From positions 128,092,001 through 128,156,000 of the forward strand of contig OZ024741.1 of the NCBI GenBank assembly GCA_964016885.1: DNA of 64,000 nucleotides, in the 5' to 3' direction. The position numbers and the translations under genes are program-made. The number at the start of each line of letters is the position of its first letter. Position 1 is the stretch's first letter. The notes beneath the pieces were generated by a model. The model was given only the letters and a program-made list of their open reading frames with translations. It was not told the origin of the DNA and did no database searches. This stretch comes from Eledone cirrhosa (taxonomy: Eukaryota). Positions 26,936 to 41,054 of the stretch are shown here, piece by piece.

Positions 26936-27202
26936 GCATGAGCTCATATAATACACAGCAGATATACAATATCCCGATAATATCTATATTGTAGTTACAT
27001 GTGTGTTATATTTCTGTGCATGTGTGTGTGTGTGTACTTATATATGCACAAATATGTCGAAATGTATATTTATATGTTCCCAAGTATTAATATGTATGCA
27101 TGTATATATATGTATGCATGTGTATATATGTATGCATGTGTATGTATGTATTATGTATGTTTGTATGTATGTATATATGTATGCATGTGTATATATGTAT
27201 GC

Positions 27203-27233
<31 letters not shown>

Positions 27234-28016
27234 TGTATGTATGTATGTATGTATGTATGTATGTATTATGTATGTTTGTATGTATGTATATATATATGTA
27301 TGCATGTGTATGTATGTATGTATGTAAATTCATGCACATTTACATATATCTAATGAATTATTGAATTTCAAGCACACACACAGTCTCTCCCCCTCTCTGT
27401 CTCACATACAAACATCCATACATACATACAGACAGACGCACATATATACATGCAGACGTACATACATACATACATACACACATACATACACATATATACA
27501 CATACATACACACCACATAGATACATAGATGCATATACACACTCCTACACCTTACACATGTTTTAGTGTCTTTGTGGGAGGGAAAAGTTGAGTCACCATA
27601 TCACCCACCGTGATGTTCCATTTTACGAAGATGAGGGAACTCGAATGAGGGAACTCTGAGTTCGAATCCGACATTAGCCGACTTTATATATTTCCACCGC
27701 ACTTGGATTGTACATAAATAGAATGGCTTTCATTAAAACTAGCACATACATACATCTTATAATGCATCTGCCCGTAAATACATACACACACACATATACG
27801 CATAAATATACGCACACATACACACACTCAAACACACACACACGTACACACACATACCCACACTCTTACATACACACGTACAGACGTACAGCCGGGCGGA
27901 CAGACACACACACATACAGATATATACACACATACACATAGACAGACAGACACACATACACGTACACACCCAAACAAGCACGCATGCACACACTCTCTCT
28001 CTCTTTCACACACACA

Positions 28017-28051
<35 letters not shown>

Positions 28052-28157
28052 ACTCTCTCTCTCTCTCACACACACACTCTCTCTCACACACACACTCTCT
28101 CTCACACACACACTCTCTCTCTCACACACACACTCTCTCACACACACACACACACAC

Positions 28158-28198
<41 letters not shown>

Positions 28199-28208
28199 CA
28201 CACACACA

Positions 28209-28269
<61 letters not shown>

Positions 28270-28276
28270 TCTCTCT

Positions 28277-28310
<34 letters not shown>

Positions 28311-28400
28311 CTCTCTCTCTCACACACACACACACTCTCTCTCATACACACGCACACACGCTCTCTCTCACACACACATACATAAACATAGACAGACGCA
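26760..28400. repeat. Compound microsatellites (TA, TATG, CA, CT)
   Basis: Direct inspection; explains the overlapping YI/CV/HT ORFs. Confidence 0.95.
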
Positions 28401-28447
28401 CGGTCGCGCACAAACAGACATAACCACACAGGTTCATTTTTAGAGGA

Positions 28448-28615
28448 ATGAACCTCCGTCGGTTTCAGCGATGAGTCTTCCAGTTATTCGATCAACAGCA
28501 TAGGGTGGCTCATAAAATTAGTGACTGAGCATTCCCCAGACACGTGTACTTTTAAGGTAATTCTCAGGGAGATTCAGCGTGACACAGTGTGATATGTCTG
28601 GCCTATCGAATTAGA
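28448..28615 (+). mobile_element. Interspersed repeat fragment (copy of 3320-3479)
   Basis: acctccgtcggtttcagcgatgag...agacacgtgtacttttaaggtaattctcagggagattcagcgtgacacag. Confidence 0.65.
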
Positions 28616-28727
28616 GTCGTGGGTGACAGAACTATTTCCACCTTCCTAATTTCACTCACATGGCTTGTGACTACTTAAGGCTTTGGTAAATTGTACTTGT
28701 TCATGAGGCCAAAATGTAGGATCAAAC

Positions 28728-29180
28728 CCGCTGCCATTGCCAGCGTCGCCGCCGTCACAGCAACCACCGTCGCCGCCGTCACAGCAACCACCGTCGCCGC
28801 CGTCATAGCCGCCAGCGTCGCCGCCGTCACAGCCGCCAGCGTGGCCGCCGTCATAGCAGCCAGCGTCGCCGCCGTCACAGCCGCCAGCGTCGCCGCCGTC
28901 ACAGCAACCACCGTCGCCGATGTCACAGCCGCCAGCGTCGCCGCCGTCACAGCCACCACCCTCACTCCGTCACAGCCGCCACCGTCAACCCGTCACAGCC
29001 ACCACCCTCACCTCATCTCAGCCGCCACCGTCAACCCGTCACAGCCACCACCCTCACTCCGTCACAGCGGCCACCGTCAACCCGTCACAGCCACTACCCT
29101 CACCCCATCTCAGCCGCCACAGTCAACCCGTCACAGTCGCCACCGTTACCCCGCCACAACCGCTACCGTCGCCGCCGCTT
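28728..29180. repeat. GC-rich 24-bp minisatellite (CAGCGTCGCCGCCGTCACAGCCGC and variants)
   Basis: Tandem 24-bp units degenerating into shorter CCGTCACAGCC units. Confidence 0.85.
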
Positions 29181-29281
29181 GCCATTGTTGTGGTGGCAGT
29201 GATATTTAGAGATAGTCGCCGTGTTTGTTGCCCTTCTTTTTAGTCGGCAGTCTTAATGCCAAAGCAAGTGTGGTAGCAGCA

Positions 29282-30090
29282 TCGAGGATCAACTGGAAGG
29301 CATGTCTGCCAGCAGTCCTAATAATTCAGGTTCCGGTAGCGTACATTAGAATTGTTGGTTTTGTAAAGCTCGTAGTCAGAATTCGGTTGCGGAAAGTGTG
29401 CGTTACTGCGGAGGTACGGCTATTGCCGCGCATCGCACGCACCAACTTCGGTGTGTTCCCACACCCGGCCCTATTCACCGGTGCGTGGGGCGTCGAACCG
29501 CAGAACTCCTTGATGTCATGGTGGCACATTCAGTTCTTTGCAATGGTTATATTCTACCGATCCGCAACGTTCCACTGGGGGGTATTCTATTTAACGAGCA
29601 TCTGAAATGGCCGATACGCTCACTGTGAAATAATTAGAGAGTTCAGAGCGAGCTGCACCGACTTTCATTCGAAAAACATGGAATGATGGAAAATAACTTA
29701 TATGTGCGTCCTTCCTCAGAATTCGTTCACAACGAGGCAATGATCAAAAGGAGTGATCAGGGCCACTCGTATTGTGACGTTAGAGGCGAAATTCTTGGAA
29801 TGTTGCAGCGATGGCGTGTGACAAGCACGTTTTCCTCGATCGATGACGATCAGATACTGTCGTAATTCTGACCGTAAATGACACCGACTGGCGCTCCGCC
29901 GGCGTTTCCTTTGATGAGTCTGTGGAATGCCTGCACGGCTAACTATGTTCGGTTTGGGCGCGAGGAAGCAAGGTTGCGCGGGAGGACACCAGCATAAGTG
30001 GCGCCTGCGACTTAATTTGACGCAACACGGGAAAACGTATCCATTCCAGCTGCCGGTAGGATTGACAGATCAGTAGCTATTTATCGATCA
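29282..30090 (+). pseudogene. Highly diverged partial 18S rRNA (SSU) sequence
   Basis: Colinear SSU landmarks: cgaggatcaactggaaggca; tgccagcag; aagctcgtagt; ttagagagttca; catggaatgatgga; cgttagaggcgaaattcttgga; gacgatcagatactgtcgta; gcctgcgacttaatttgacgcaacacggga; aggattgacagat. Universally conserved segments are altered or deleted. Confidence 0.85.
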
Positions 30091-30447
30091 GGTATGTTTG
30101 AGGAAAATACATATTTCACGTAGCTTCTTGTGCCAGGAGTTGCAACAAGGAGATAATGTCAGCAATGGAACCATTCTTCCTTTGATTCCATATGACGAGC
30201 AGCTTCTTTTTTCTCTATCTATAATCAGTGGCTTGCTTGGTTACAATACTAATATTTTTAGTAATAGCGTGTAAAATGTGATGTTTTTACAAAAGAAAGT
30301 GACTAACTCCTTTCTTACAAAGTTCAGTCTATATGTGGAACTATGGAAGAATGGAAACCAATCCCTTTTCTCTATGAAAGAAGAATTCAAAGAATTAAAA
30401 GACACAATAACAAGGACACACACACATGTTTGTATATATGCATGTAT

Positions 30448-30484
<37 letters not shown>

Positions 30485-30499
30485 CATATACACACACAC

Positions 30500-30530
<31 letters not shown>

Positions 30531-30685
30531 TATATATATATATACACATATATATATATATATATATATTATGTGTGTGTGTGTGTGCGTCTGTGTATGT
30601 GCTATTTACACATACGTAACTAAGAAAATTTCAATATTAAAAAATACAAAACAAGTTTATACACACATACATGTATATATACATT

Positions 30686-30775
<90 letters not shown>

Positions 30776-31229
30776 GTACACACTTACACAAACATAAACA
30801 TATATCCCTACTACCCACATATATGTATATATATTTATACATACACATAACGAAGAAAGATTCAATATCAAAACAAAATTGCCGTTGAAGAAATGAAAAT
30901 TGTTGGCGACTTTCAATGGAGGTAGTGATTCTCAAGATGCAAATTTGTTGGCGGCCATTTTTGAAGATATTTCTGGCGGGCTTTAGCTCGGTCTGATCTG
31001 ACGTACGTGATCATGGCACTGGTAATCAAGTGCAATCAGTAACAATCCTTGCTTTTCATTCAAATACGACTGACTCCAAAACCATCGTCTTGAAGATCAA
31101 ACGCCACCAATATCATCAGCAACGCCACCACCAACAATGTCGAATTTCACACCGCTAGCGTTAGCCATACCACCAGCATTACCACAATTAACGTCGACAT
31201 TACCACTGCCACCATTAGGAACAGCCACT

Positions 31230-31252
31230 TAATAATGATAATAATAATGATG

Positions 31253-31310
<58 letters not shown>

Positions 31311-31880
31311 TGACAATGGCAAAGAATGTAACATATGTAACATCAAACATTAAACATCACCCCCAACACCAGCACAAACACACAATACGACTGACGCCAC
31401 AACAATCACTAACAGCACCAATACTACCACCATCACCACACAGTAATCACTACAACTATTATCACCACGAGTATCACAACTATCAGCAACAACAACCTCA
31501 CCACCACCACGACAACCAGCTAACTAACCAACCAACCAACCACCATCACCACCACAACTACCACCAACACTACCATCAACACCATAACCTCCAAGACCAT
31601 CAACACACCATAACGAGGACAACGACGACGATGACGACCACCACCACCACCACCACCACTACCATCACCACCACCACCACCACCACTACCACCATCACTA
31701 CCACTACCACCACAACTACCACTACCACCACCACCACTATCACCACCACCACCACCACAACTACCTCCACCATCACCACCACTACCACCACCAACACCTC
31801 CACAACTACCACCTCCACCACCACCACCATCACCACCACCTCCATCACCACCACCACCACCACCATCATCATCAGCATCA
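31230..31880. repeat. (AAT)n and (CAC/CAT)n trinucleotide microsatellites
   Basis: Direct inspection. Confidence 0.95.
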
Positions 31881-31985
31881 GCACCGACGTCAAGACGTAT
31901 TGTTAAATCTTACACGACTGCTTTAATCATAGACTAAACATATATTAATATGGCGACTGAAGATATATCTAATCTGTCTGCCTGT

Positions 31986-32053
<68 letters not shown>

Positions 32054-32119
32054 CATATACATACAGATATTCATACACACACATATATTCATACGTACAC
32101 ATTATATATATATATATAC

Positions 32120-32182
<63 letters not shown>

Positions 32183-32184
32183 CA

Positions 32185-32218
<34 letters not shown>

Positions 32219-32632
32219 CATATATATGTGTGTGTGTGTGTGTGTGATACATACAGTAAACACACGTAAAAACATTCACATAGACTTATACACACACACA
32301 AGCATGTATCTATATACATACGCACACACATACACACTTATATACACACTCATATATATATACACATACATAGATTCATACGCGCGCACACACACACTTT
32401 AAAAATATATACATCTAGTTAATTTAACCATGGAGCTTCAGCTTGCTGGAGGTGACAAAACAAGGAAATGACTTCTAAAGAAAAATCAAATCGGAAGATA
32501 TAATAGACTGGACATAGAAATAAAGTGGAAAGAAATATGGCAGGAAAACGCACACTCAGACACACACACATATATAAATATGTATATACACATATTTTTA
32601 TGCACACACGCACACACACAAATATATATATA

Positions 32633-32760
<128 letters not shown>

Positions 32761-32783
32761 TGTGTATGTGTGTGTGTGTGTGT

Positions 32784-33052
32784 GGAGGCACGTGGCCTAG
32801 TGGTAAGGGTGTTGGACTTACGATCATGATGTTGTGAGTGCGATTCCTGCGTTGCGCGTTGTGTTCTTGAGCAAACCACTTCCTTTCACGTTGCTCCAGT
32901 ATAATCAGCTGAAAATGCTGGGGGTTTAACCCTGCGATGGACTGGCGCCCTGTCCAGGGAGGAGTTTTGTACTCTCAGTCGCTTCACGCCATGGAACCGG
33001 GATAAGCACCGGCCAAATGAGCCTTCTGGCTTAAGACAGACTTTAGACTTAG
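32784..33052 (+). mobile_element. Full-length tRNA-derived SINE (second family, CORE-like central domain)
   Basis: A-box TGGCCTAGTGG, degenerate B-box GTGCGATTCC, central TGTGTTCTTGAGCAAA, AACCCTGCGATGGACTGGC, 3' end AGACTTTAGACTT. Confidence 0.85.
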
Positions 33053-33944
33053 ATATATATATACATACACATATCACGATAAATTTTTTTGGTGAAACAT
33101 ATCTTTGGATTTGTACGTGTGTTATATAGTTATAGAGGTATTTATTTACGCTTTAATTTATATTTTTAATTATCGTGTCTATAGTCTGCCTTTCATAGGT
33201 TATAGATTCCATACACTGGTGGTTTTTTCCCTGTATTATTGATAACGCACTATATATCTCTCTCTGGTGTGTTACCTTCTCTACATACACATATATATAC
33301 ATACATATATATATATATACATATATATATACTTACATATATATATTCATACATTTATATATCTGCCTCTCTATTTATATTATAACTCCTTTCTCTCTTT
33401 CTCTCTGAACTCAACTGAACGAAGCACATATACATCATTGCAACACAAACGAATACATACACTTGCAAGCTGTCAAGTGTGCAATAGCATTCATTCAGGT
33501 AAACTGGTAAGATTTTGTGTTTGATTCAGTCTTAAATGCTTTTCTCCTTCGCATCTTATGTATTCTTAACTGTTTATAAACTCTGCATGCAAACTTCACT
33601 GTTCTCAATGGAAGCTAAACACATAGTAATTTACAAAAAGCTATTAAGGAAAACACAACCCTGTTCTGATTTAATGTTATACCTCGGCTAACGTCGTTTC
33701 GAATTTCGTCATTGTCCAAGTTATGGCAGTTTTTCTTAACATTATATGGCAAAAATAAGCCTCATGTTATGTCAATTGACTGAACTTTACGACAGTCTAC
33801 CAACAATATAAAATCACAAAAAATACTAAAAAAAACCCAATAAAAACATAAAATCACATTTAAATAAATGCTAAAACATACACCATAAAGTAATGTAGTG
33901 TATTATCATGTATAAAATCACTTAAAAACAAAATGGCTTCTGAT

Positions 33945-34120
33945 TTTGGAGGAAGGGAAAGTCGACTATTCGAACCAGTGCATTACTGGTACTTTATTTT
34001 ATCGACCCTGTAAGGATGAAAGGCAAAGCCAACCTAGGCAGGATTTGAACTCAGATTGTAAAGGGCCGTATCTTAATGCCATAAAGCATGTTGTCCGACG
34101 CTCCACCGATTCTGCTAATA
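33945..34120 (-). mobile_element. tRNA-derived SINE (octopus-type), older copy
   Basis: actggtactttattttatcgaccctgtaaggatgaaaggcaaagccaacc...gatttgaactcag. Confidence 0.8.
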
Positions 34121-34216
34121 TAGCAATGCTATATTTACCTGTCTTTCTATGCTCGTAGCTCCAATTTCTGCCATTAGGTGTAGTTCTGTGTTACTTAAAA
34201 TACATACATAAATAAT

Positions 34217-34560
34217 AATTGTTTCTACTTTTGGCACAAGGCCAGCAATTATCCAGTATATTACTGGTACTTTATTTTATCGACCCCGTAAGGATGAAAG
34301 GCAAAGTTAACCTCGGCGAGATTTGAACTCAGACCATAAAGGGCCGTAACTCTTTGCTGCAAAGCATGGCGTCCGACCCTCTACCGATACTGCCAATCTA
34401 CCGCCATAAATAATAATTGTTTCTACTTTAGGCACAAGGCCAGCAATTACTCAGTGTATTACTGGTACTTTATTTTATCGACCCCGTAAGGATGAAAGGC
34501 AAAGTCAACCTCGGCGGGATTTGAACTCAGATGGTAAAGGGACGTAACTATGCTGGAATG
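34217..34560 (-). mobile_element. Two head-to-tail young SINE copies
   Basis: Near-identical to 24990-25185 and 42648-42820; the block is bracketed by TACATAAATAATAAT (34205-34219 / 34561-34575). Confidence 0.85.
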
Positions 34561-35269
34561 TACATAAATAATAATGTACTGTATACTGTATGTTCGTTAA
34601 AGTACAATGCTTATTAACGGTTTATAGTAGGGTTAATTCGACATTAGTCATTTTTCAACTTAAGTTTTGACTTCTGGAACCAATTAACGACGTAGGATGA
34701 GGTATATCTATACATTTTCTTTTGTTTTTTTAGAAAGATCGCTGGTGTGTTATTATTTTGACAGTCCACGAATCATCAAACAAACGATTGAATTTCTGTT
34801 GAAGACAACTGAATTTCTACTAAAAAACAAGAGAAAAATATTTATTTCACCGAGTATATAGCAAAAACAACACACAAATTCACAGTTTTTGTATGCTAAG
34901 CCATTGGTGACATTTTTGTCTTGAAAACAATTTCCACAATTGAATTCTACTTGCTTTACAACTCACTAGCCTTCACAATAGATTTACGAGGACCAACATT
35001 CATCTTGTGACACAGCAGTACCAACAACATTACATACGAACTATTTCAGAATCATTTCATTTTCTTTCTTTTTCTTTTCTTGAGTTTTGATATTTTTTGT
35101 TTTACATTTTTCATTGTTTTTTTTTTCTTTCAGTTATTTTCTCCTCTGATATTTGCCACCAACACATAGAACCCCACTACAGGCAGTTCACATTTTTCTT
35201 CTTTGAAACATTTGACAACTGCTTCTCTTTAGCTTCTTTGCATTTGGAAGGTAGAGGAAAAGCTTAAAA

Positions 35270-35545
35270 TAAAGTACCAGTAATGCACTGGTTAATTGCT
35301 GGTCTTGTGCCAAAAGTAGAAACAATTATTACCATCTAACAAGAGCGGTGGATTGACTGTCGGACAACATGCTTTGTGGCATATAGTTTACGTTCTGAGT
35401 CCATATCCAACCGAGGTTAGCTTTGCCTTTCATTCATACGAGATCGATAAAATAAAATACCAGTAATGCACTGGGGTTGATTTAATTGACTTTCCCCTCC
35501 CAAAATATTGTTGGTCTTGTGCCTAAGCCAGAAACCATTATTATT
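35270..35545 (+). mobile_element. Two SINE fragments (octopus-type)
   Basis: aaagtaccagtaatgcactgg...ggtcttgtgcc occurs twice; ccgaggttagctttgcctttcatt. Confidence 0.75.
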
Positions 35546-36254
35546 GTATAACCAAACATTATTTTTCACTGATCTTGCATTCTTTAGCCTATACTCACAA
35601 ACCATCTGTTAAGTACCATCAAATTATTGAATCAATGAAATCGGGAAAGGTCTTATGTTGGTATGTAGAACATAAAGAAAAAATGATATGTACTTTAATA
35701 TTCTTGTTATCTCTGAGAATATGCCTTTAATTTTCTATGCCATTATTTTTGGTTTGACGGTCAACTCAGATTTCAGCAAAAAATAGAAACATGATACAAA
35801 ATAAATTACACACACAAAGACACATGACATATACGACACGCATACATACACCACTAAACGCACATACAGCAACGTATATACATACAGAAATAGATACACA
35901 CAAAAGCACACGAAAAAATAATAAATACCCTTGAAATCGACAGAAATTACAACAAACTGAAAATCACTGAAGACAATATATAAAAGAATAAATTGAGAAA
36001 CAATACAAACATCATATACACACATTTATACACAGTCATATATACACGAATCTATGAGAGTATTCATATTAGTCCTTCATTGGAAGATAGAATGAGAGAT
36101 GGACGAAATAGATTGATAGACGGGATTAAGAAGAAGAAGAAACTGACATTTCCTTTTACATATATGTGTTCCAGTTTCAATCATTTTATTCGTATTTCCT
36201 TATTAGTTCTTTATGCTTAGTTTAGAGCCATAGCGCTCTTAAATCTATGTGAAT

Positions 36255-36293
36255 ATTAACGTTTCGAGGCATTCACAAGCCCATCTTCAGAAT
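36255..36293 (-). ncRNA. Minimal hammerhead motif
   Basis: AUU-CUGAAGA-U-GGGC-UUGUGAAU-GCCU-C-GAAA-CG-UU-AAU. Confidence 0.65.
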
Positions 36294-36297
36294 CAGA

Positions 36298-36790
36298 ATG
36301 GTCATTTTACTGCTACAGTGGTGTCTGTGCTACTGTAACGAATCTGAGACTTGGACACTGACCAAGAAACTCACTCAGATGGTGGATGGGTGCTACACGA
36401 GAATGCCGAGGATGGCTCTGAACATTAATCAGTATACACTGAGGATGGCTCTGAACATTAATCAGTATACACTGAGGATGAAGAACTCAGAGCTGTATGG
36501 GAGCCTCCCAAAAGTCATCTCGAAAGTAACACAGAAGAGACTGAGGTTAGCTGGACATGTTCTCCGACATTCAGAGTTGACACTGCACTCAGTGCTCATG
36601 TGGGAGCCCCTGCACGCACACACTAGAAGAGGGAGACCGACGAGGTTGACATATGTTGATGCTCCAAGGACAGACACAGGTCTCTTGGAGACGCAGGACA
36701 TGGCAGCGATAATGAGGGACAAAGACCGCTGGAGAGAACTTATACATGGATCTCGGGAATGTTACCCGCCCTTGATAGATAGATAGATTG
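36298..36790 (+). mobile_element. RTE-clade LINE 3' fragment (RT C-terminal region)
   Basis: Translation ESETWTLTKK...DGCYTRM.RMALNI...RLRLAGHVLRH...RRGRP...DRWR is typical of RTE ORF ends; (GATA)n tail; short internal tandem duplication at ~36408-36480. Confidence 0.85.
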
Positions 36791-37085
36791 CTTGCGTGTT
36801 TACCATTAGTCTTACTTAATCATGGTAGTGGTGGGAATTTATGGACGCCTGAATTGAAATTTCTCCACGTTTGAAGCATGAAATTTATATAAATGGTTTC
36901 ACATAAAGTATATATGTTACACATGTCATTCTTTGAGAGACTATAATTCTGGATGAGATTTATTTCTTGGTTGTAAATTTCAGGCTTTGAGGGAACCGAC
37001 ATGAAGTGTTTGATGAATGATTTTGTTTATAATAGATATTGTTTTAACGTGTTAAATATTGTGTTTTTCTGGTATATATATATAT

Positions 37086-37448
<363 letters not shown>

Positions 37449-37453
<5 letters not shown>

Positions 37454-37761
37454 CAAATTGAACTATGAAATAAGTTTACATATTTGGAAGTCCGACAATG
37501 CGTGTGAGATTGTAAGTGCCAAGGTAATAGGAATAGCTCGTCCCCACGGCTTCCCTTGATAATGGATGGTAAATTCCAAAGTATATGGGATCAATACAAT
37601 TTTAAGGGTAAAATTCTACCGTTCTCACTTTTTCTCAGTCCTTTTATCCTATTTTCTCTAATTCCCATTCCATTCGCATCGTCGGGCTTCCAAATATTTA
37701 AACTTATTTCCTAATTAAACTTGTATCTCTTATTCCACAATGCTTCAAGCAAACTACAACA

Positions 37762-37764
<3 letters not shown>
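37449..37764 (+). mobile_element. Fold-back element with ~55-bp inverted arms and short tail
   Basis: 37449-37503 is the reverse complement of 37676-37727; degenerate hammerhead-like UCCC-UUGAUAA...GGGA at 37552-37590. Confidence 0.55.
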
Positions 37765-37804
<40 letters not shown>

Positions 37805-38157
37805 ATTGAACCACATTGGCATATGGTCGGACAATACATGTGTCCCGATACGCTTTTTGCGTGTAGGCGTGTAGGCGTGTAGGGATATATACTTTATTAT
37901 TATTATCTCCTCTTGGTCGAGATAAAATTTGGTCGTTTTGACTGCTGCTATTTATAGTGGTAGTAGACTGACCTCCCTGCCTCTGCTTCTATCTTTACAC
38001 ACGGCACTGGACAGAATTGCTTCTACATCATTCATTCTCATCTCGGGATGTCCATTTATATTTGAGACTCGATACCGATTCGGTAAAGGTAACCATAGTG
38101 AGTACAGTGAATTTTTTGAAATTTATTTTGTAACTTTATCTTATTTGCTAAACCTTG

Positions 38158-38258
<101 letters not shown>

Positions 38259-39334
38259 TCCCAGTCTATGCTAAATTGATCAAGTCATGACTGAAGGAGA
38301 AAACACACACATAATGCCACAGAGGAATCGAACATAGGTCTACGGGCTTACTAAGCCAACTTCTGAACCACACATGCATGCCTGCAATCATCTACTTCTA
38401 AAATAATAATAAAAAACATAATAGATACAATGTGTTTCACGGTTTAACACCGCCAACTGATCCTTGGCTGCCTTTAACAGACACCACAATTTTGAAGCAT
38501 TTCGCTCAGGTCCCCGCTTTGAGGATATCCTTTCTTCCCACCACACCCCATACAAATTATAGCTAAGCCCTGAAAAACATAATGAGCAATTCCTTTCTTT
38601 CTTTTGTTAAGTAATGTAAAAAGAATGAGTGATTAATGGGTAACGAAAAAACAAGACAAAGTCGTCGTTCCAGCATTCGCCAACGTCATCATCACCGACT
38701 AAACAGCCAGTTACCTCCCATCGCAATACCTTCAACATACTTATATAGAGTCAGACATATTTATGCACTCTCACAAATCAGACGATCACGGATACGGTAA
38801 GTTAGTTTCCGTTTTCTGGGTGTGTTCTGTTCCGGTGATACGGAACGAATATACCGAATGTCTGCTAAAACAAAACGTTCGTATATATATATATGAATGT
38901 GTGTGTGTGTAATGCATAAATAAATACATACAATATATGGTTCCCATGTGTTGTTGGTTTCTTTAATAAAATGTTGGTGCGATTGTGTGTGTATATAGAT
39001 ATATGTATGTACATATATATATCAGATGGGGTGTGGTAATAACCAGCTAGACCATAACCCACCAGAGTACTCGGTACTTGGGGTAGTAGGCTGGGTAATA
39101 TAAGAAGATTCAGGATCCCGACGGCTGAGCTCCGGCCGTTTCTACAGCTCGATCCGAACAAGTCTTTTCATATATATATATATATATATATAGTAATAAT
39201 AATAAATTTGAAGACTAAAATCCAAAGAGGGCTCGATAAGGATAAATATATATCAAATAGATAAGAACCGTAGAGCAGCGTTTCTTTGCTTAAACTTTAA
39301 TCTGTTATTTTAATAAATATATATATATATATAT

Positions 39335-39425
<91 letters not shown>

Positions 39426-39979
39426 CAATGATATTAAATAAATGGAAACTATATTCATAAAACCATATTTATTCTATTATATATATTTCAAGGGTACCAA
39501 AACTTTGGTACGCTTTCAGCAGAGAAAATACAAAGTTTGTTTTATAAATTTTGACATAACCAAGGAAAATACCTTAACGGTTCAAGTTTTCCTTGGATAG
39601 TGAAGGGATAAGAGAAGAGAAGTCAGATATTTCAAAATATTAAGATGAGTATGCAAATGAGGTTGAGGTATAGGGCTGAAAAAAAAACGTTATTTTAGAC
39701 GCTATGGAGAATTTAAATAATTAGGATATGAGTATGTATGCGTAGGAAAGAAGAAAAAGGAAGAAGAGCTTGTATTCACGTTAATTTGGGGGAATGGTGG
39801 AATATGATTCCAGAATTTAAATTTATTTAGCTATATTATGAGTTATAATAAATTAGATTATATGACGAATTATGGTTGTAAGTATTTTTATCTTATTACA
39901 TTACAATAGGTTATATGTATATCAATATCTATATAGATTAATAATTGTGCAAGTTTAGTTATTATAGAAATAGAAATAA

Positions 39980-41054
39980 TTGTTAACTTCTTAGATGTAA
40001 CCTTAAACCTTAGCACAGGTCTTTACTATCCTTTCCATAAAATTAACGAAAATCTAAATTACGTAAGTTTCAATTCTAATCATCCTAGAAGTATTAAGAA
40101 CACTATTGTCAATAGCGTCCAACAACGGATTTCCCGCATCTCTGCTAATAAAATATTTTTGATGATAAGGCAGAATATTACAATGAAGCTTTACATAGAG
40201 CAGGATACTCGAATAAAATTAAATACATAGATAACAATAACATGACAAATCATCCTAAAATTAATTATAATAATAATAAACAATTTAACTTAAACACTAA
40301 ACCAAACAAAAAAACTAGAACTAGAAATATTATTTGGTACTCTCCCCCATTCTCATTAAGTGTTAAAACACCTTTAGCAAAGCTATTCTTTAAAGCACTA
40401 GATAAATATTTTCCCAAAGCCCACAGATACCACTCTATTTTTAACAGACACACTATAAAACTATCCTACTCTACTACTATGGACATAGCACAAAATATAA
40501 ATAGAATTAATAATAGAAACTTAAATTTAAACCCTAACCAAACCAACCAAAATAGCAATAATAATATTTCTAACAGCAATATTCAGAATAATAGTACCGT
40601 TCCGAACAACAGCAACTCCAGAAAATGTAACTGTAGAATCAAATCAAAATGCCCTTTACAAAATAATTGTTTAGACAAAAACGTAGTTTATTAATGCACA
40701 GTTAAAACTAGAGACAAAGTATTTAACTATATTGGTGCCACTTCAACAAAATTCAAAGAAGGCTGGAATGTCCATCAACACACATTTAAGAGATCCGATA
40801 AAAAATCTTCCACCTCACTCTCACATTTAATTTGGAACTTAAAAGACAACAATATAGACTATTCAATATCTTGGAGAACGATTTCGAAAGCACCTGCATA
40901 CCGAAATATGGCTTTCTCAAGATTCTGTAACTTGTGTATCGAAGAAATTTTTTATATAATTAACTGTCAAAACTCTATTAATCTTAAAACAGAATTATTT
41001 TCTTCTTGCAGACATCGCCAAAATTCCACGTTCAGAAGTATTTTTAATTTATAA
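39980..41054 (+). pseudogene. Penelope-like RT C-terminus, linker and GIY-YIG endonuclease (frameshift ~40155, stop 40692)
   Basis: VNFLDVTLNL...YVSFNSNHP...RNIIWYSPPFS...CNCRIKSKCPLQNNC...NVVY*CTV...NYIGATSTKFK...CNLCIEE...SSCRHR. Confidence 0.92.

Larger units (their letters stand above)
33674..34712. mobile_element. Probable Tigger/pogo-like non-autonomous DNA transposon with nested SINEs
   Basis: Degenerate TIRs gttatacctcggctaacgtc / gacgtaggatgaggtatatc; three SINE copies lie inside. Confidence 0.45.

Noticed and set aside
32784-32850. tRNA gene
   Set aside because: A and B boxes belong to a SINE head; no cloverleaf or terminator.
40692-40694. In-frame stop as selenocysteine recoding
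   Set aside because: The codon is TAA, not TGA, and the ORF is also frameshifted and truncated.
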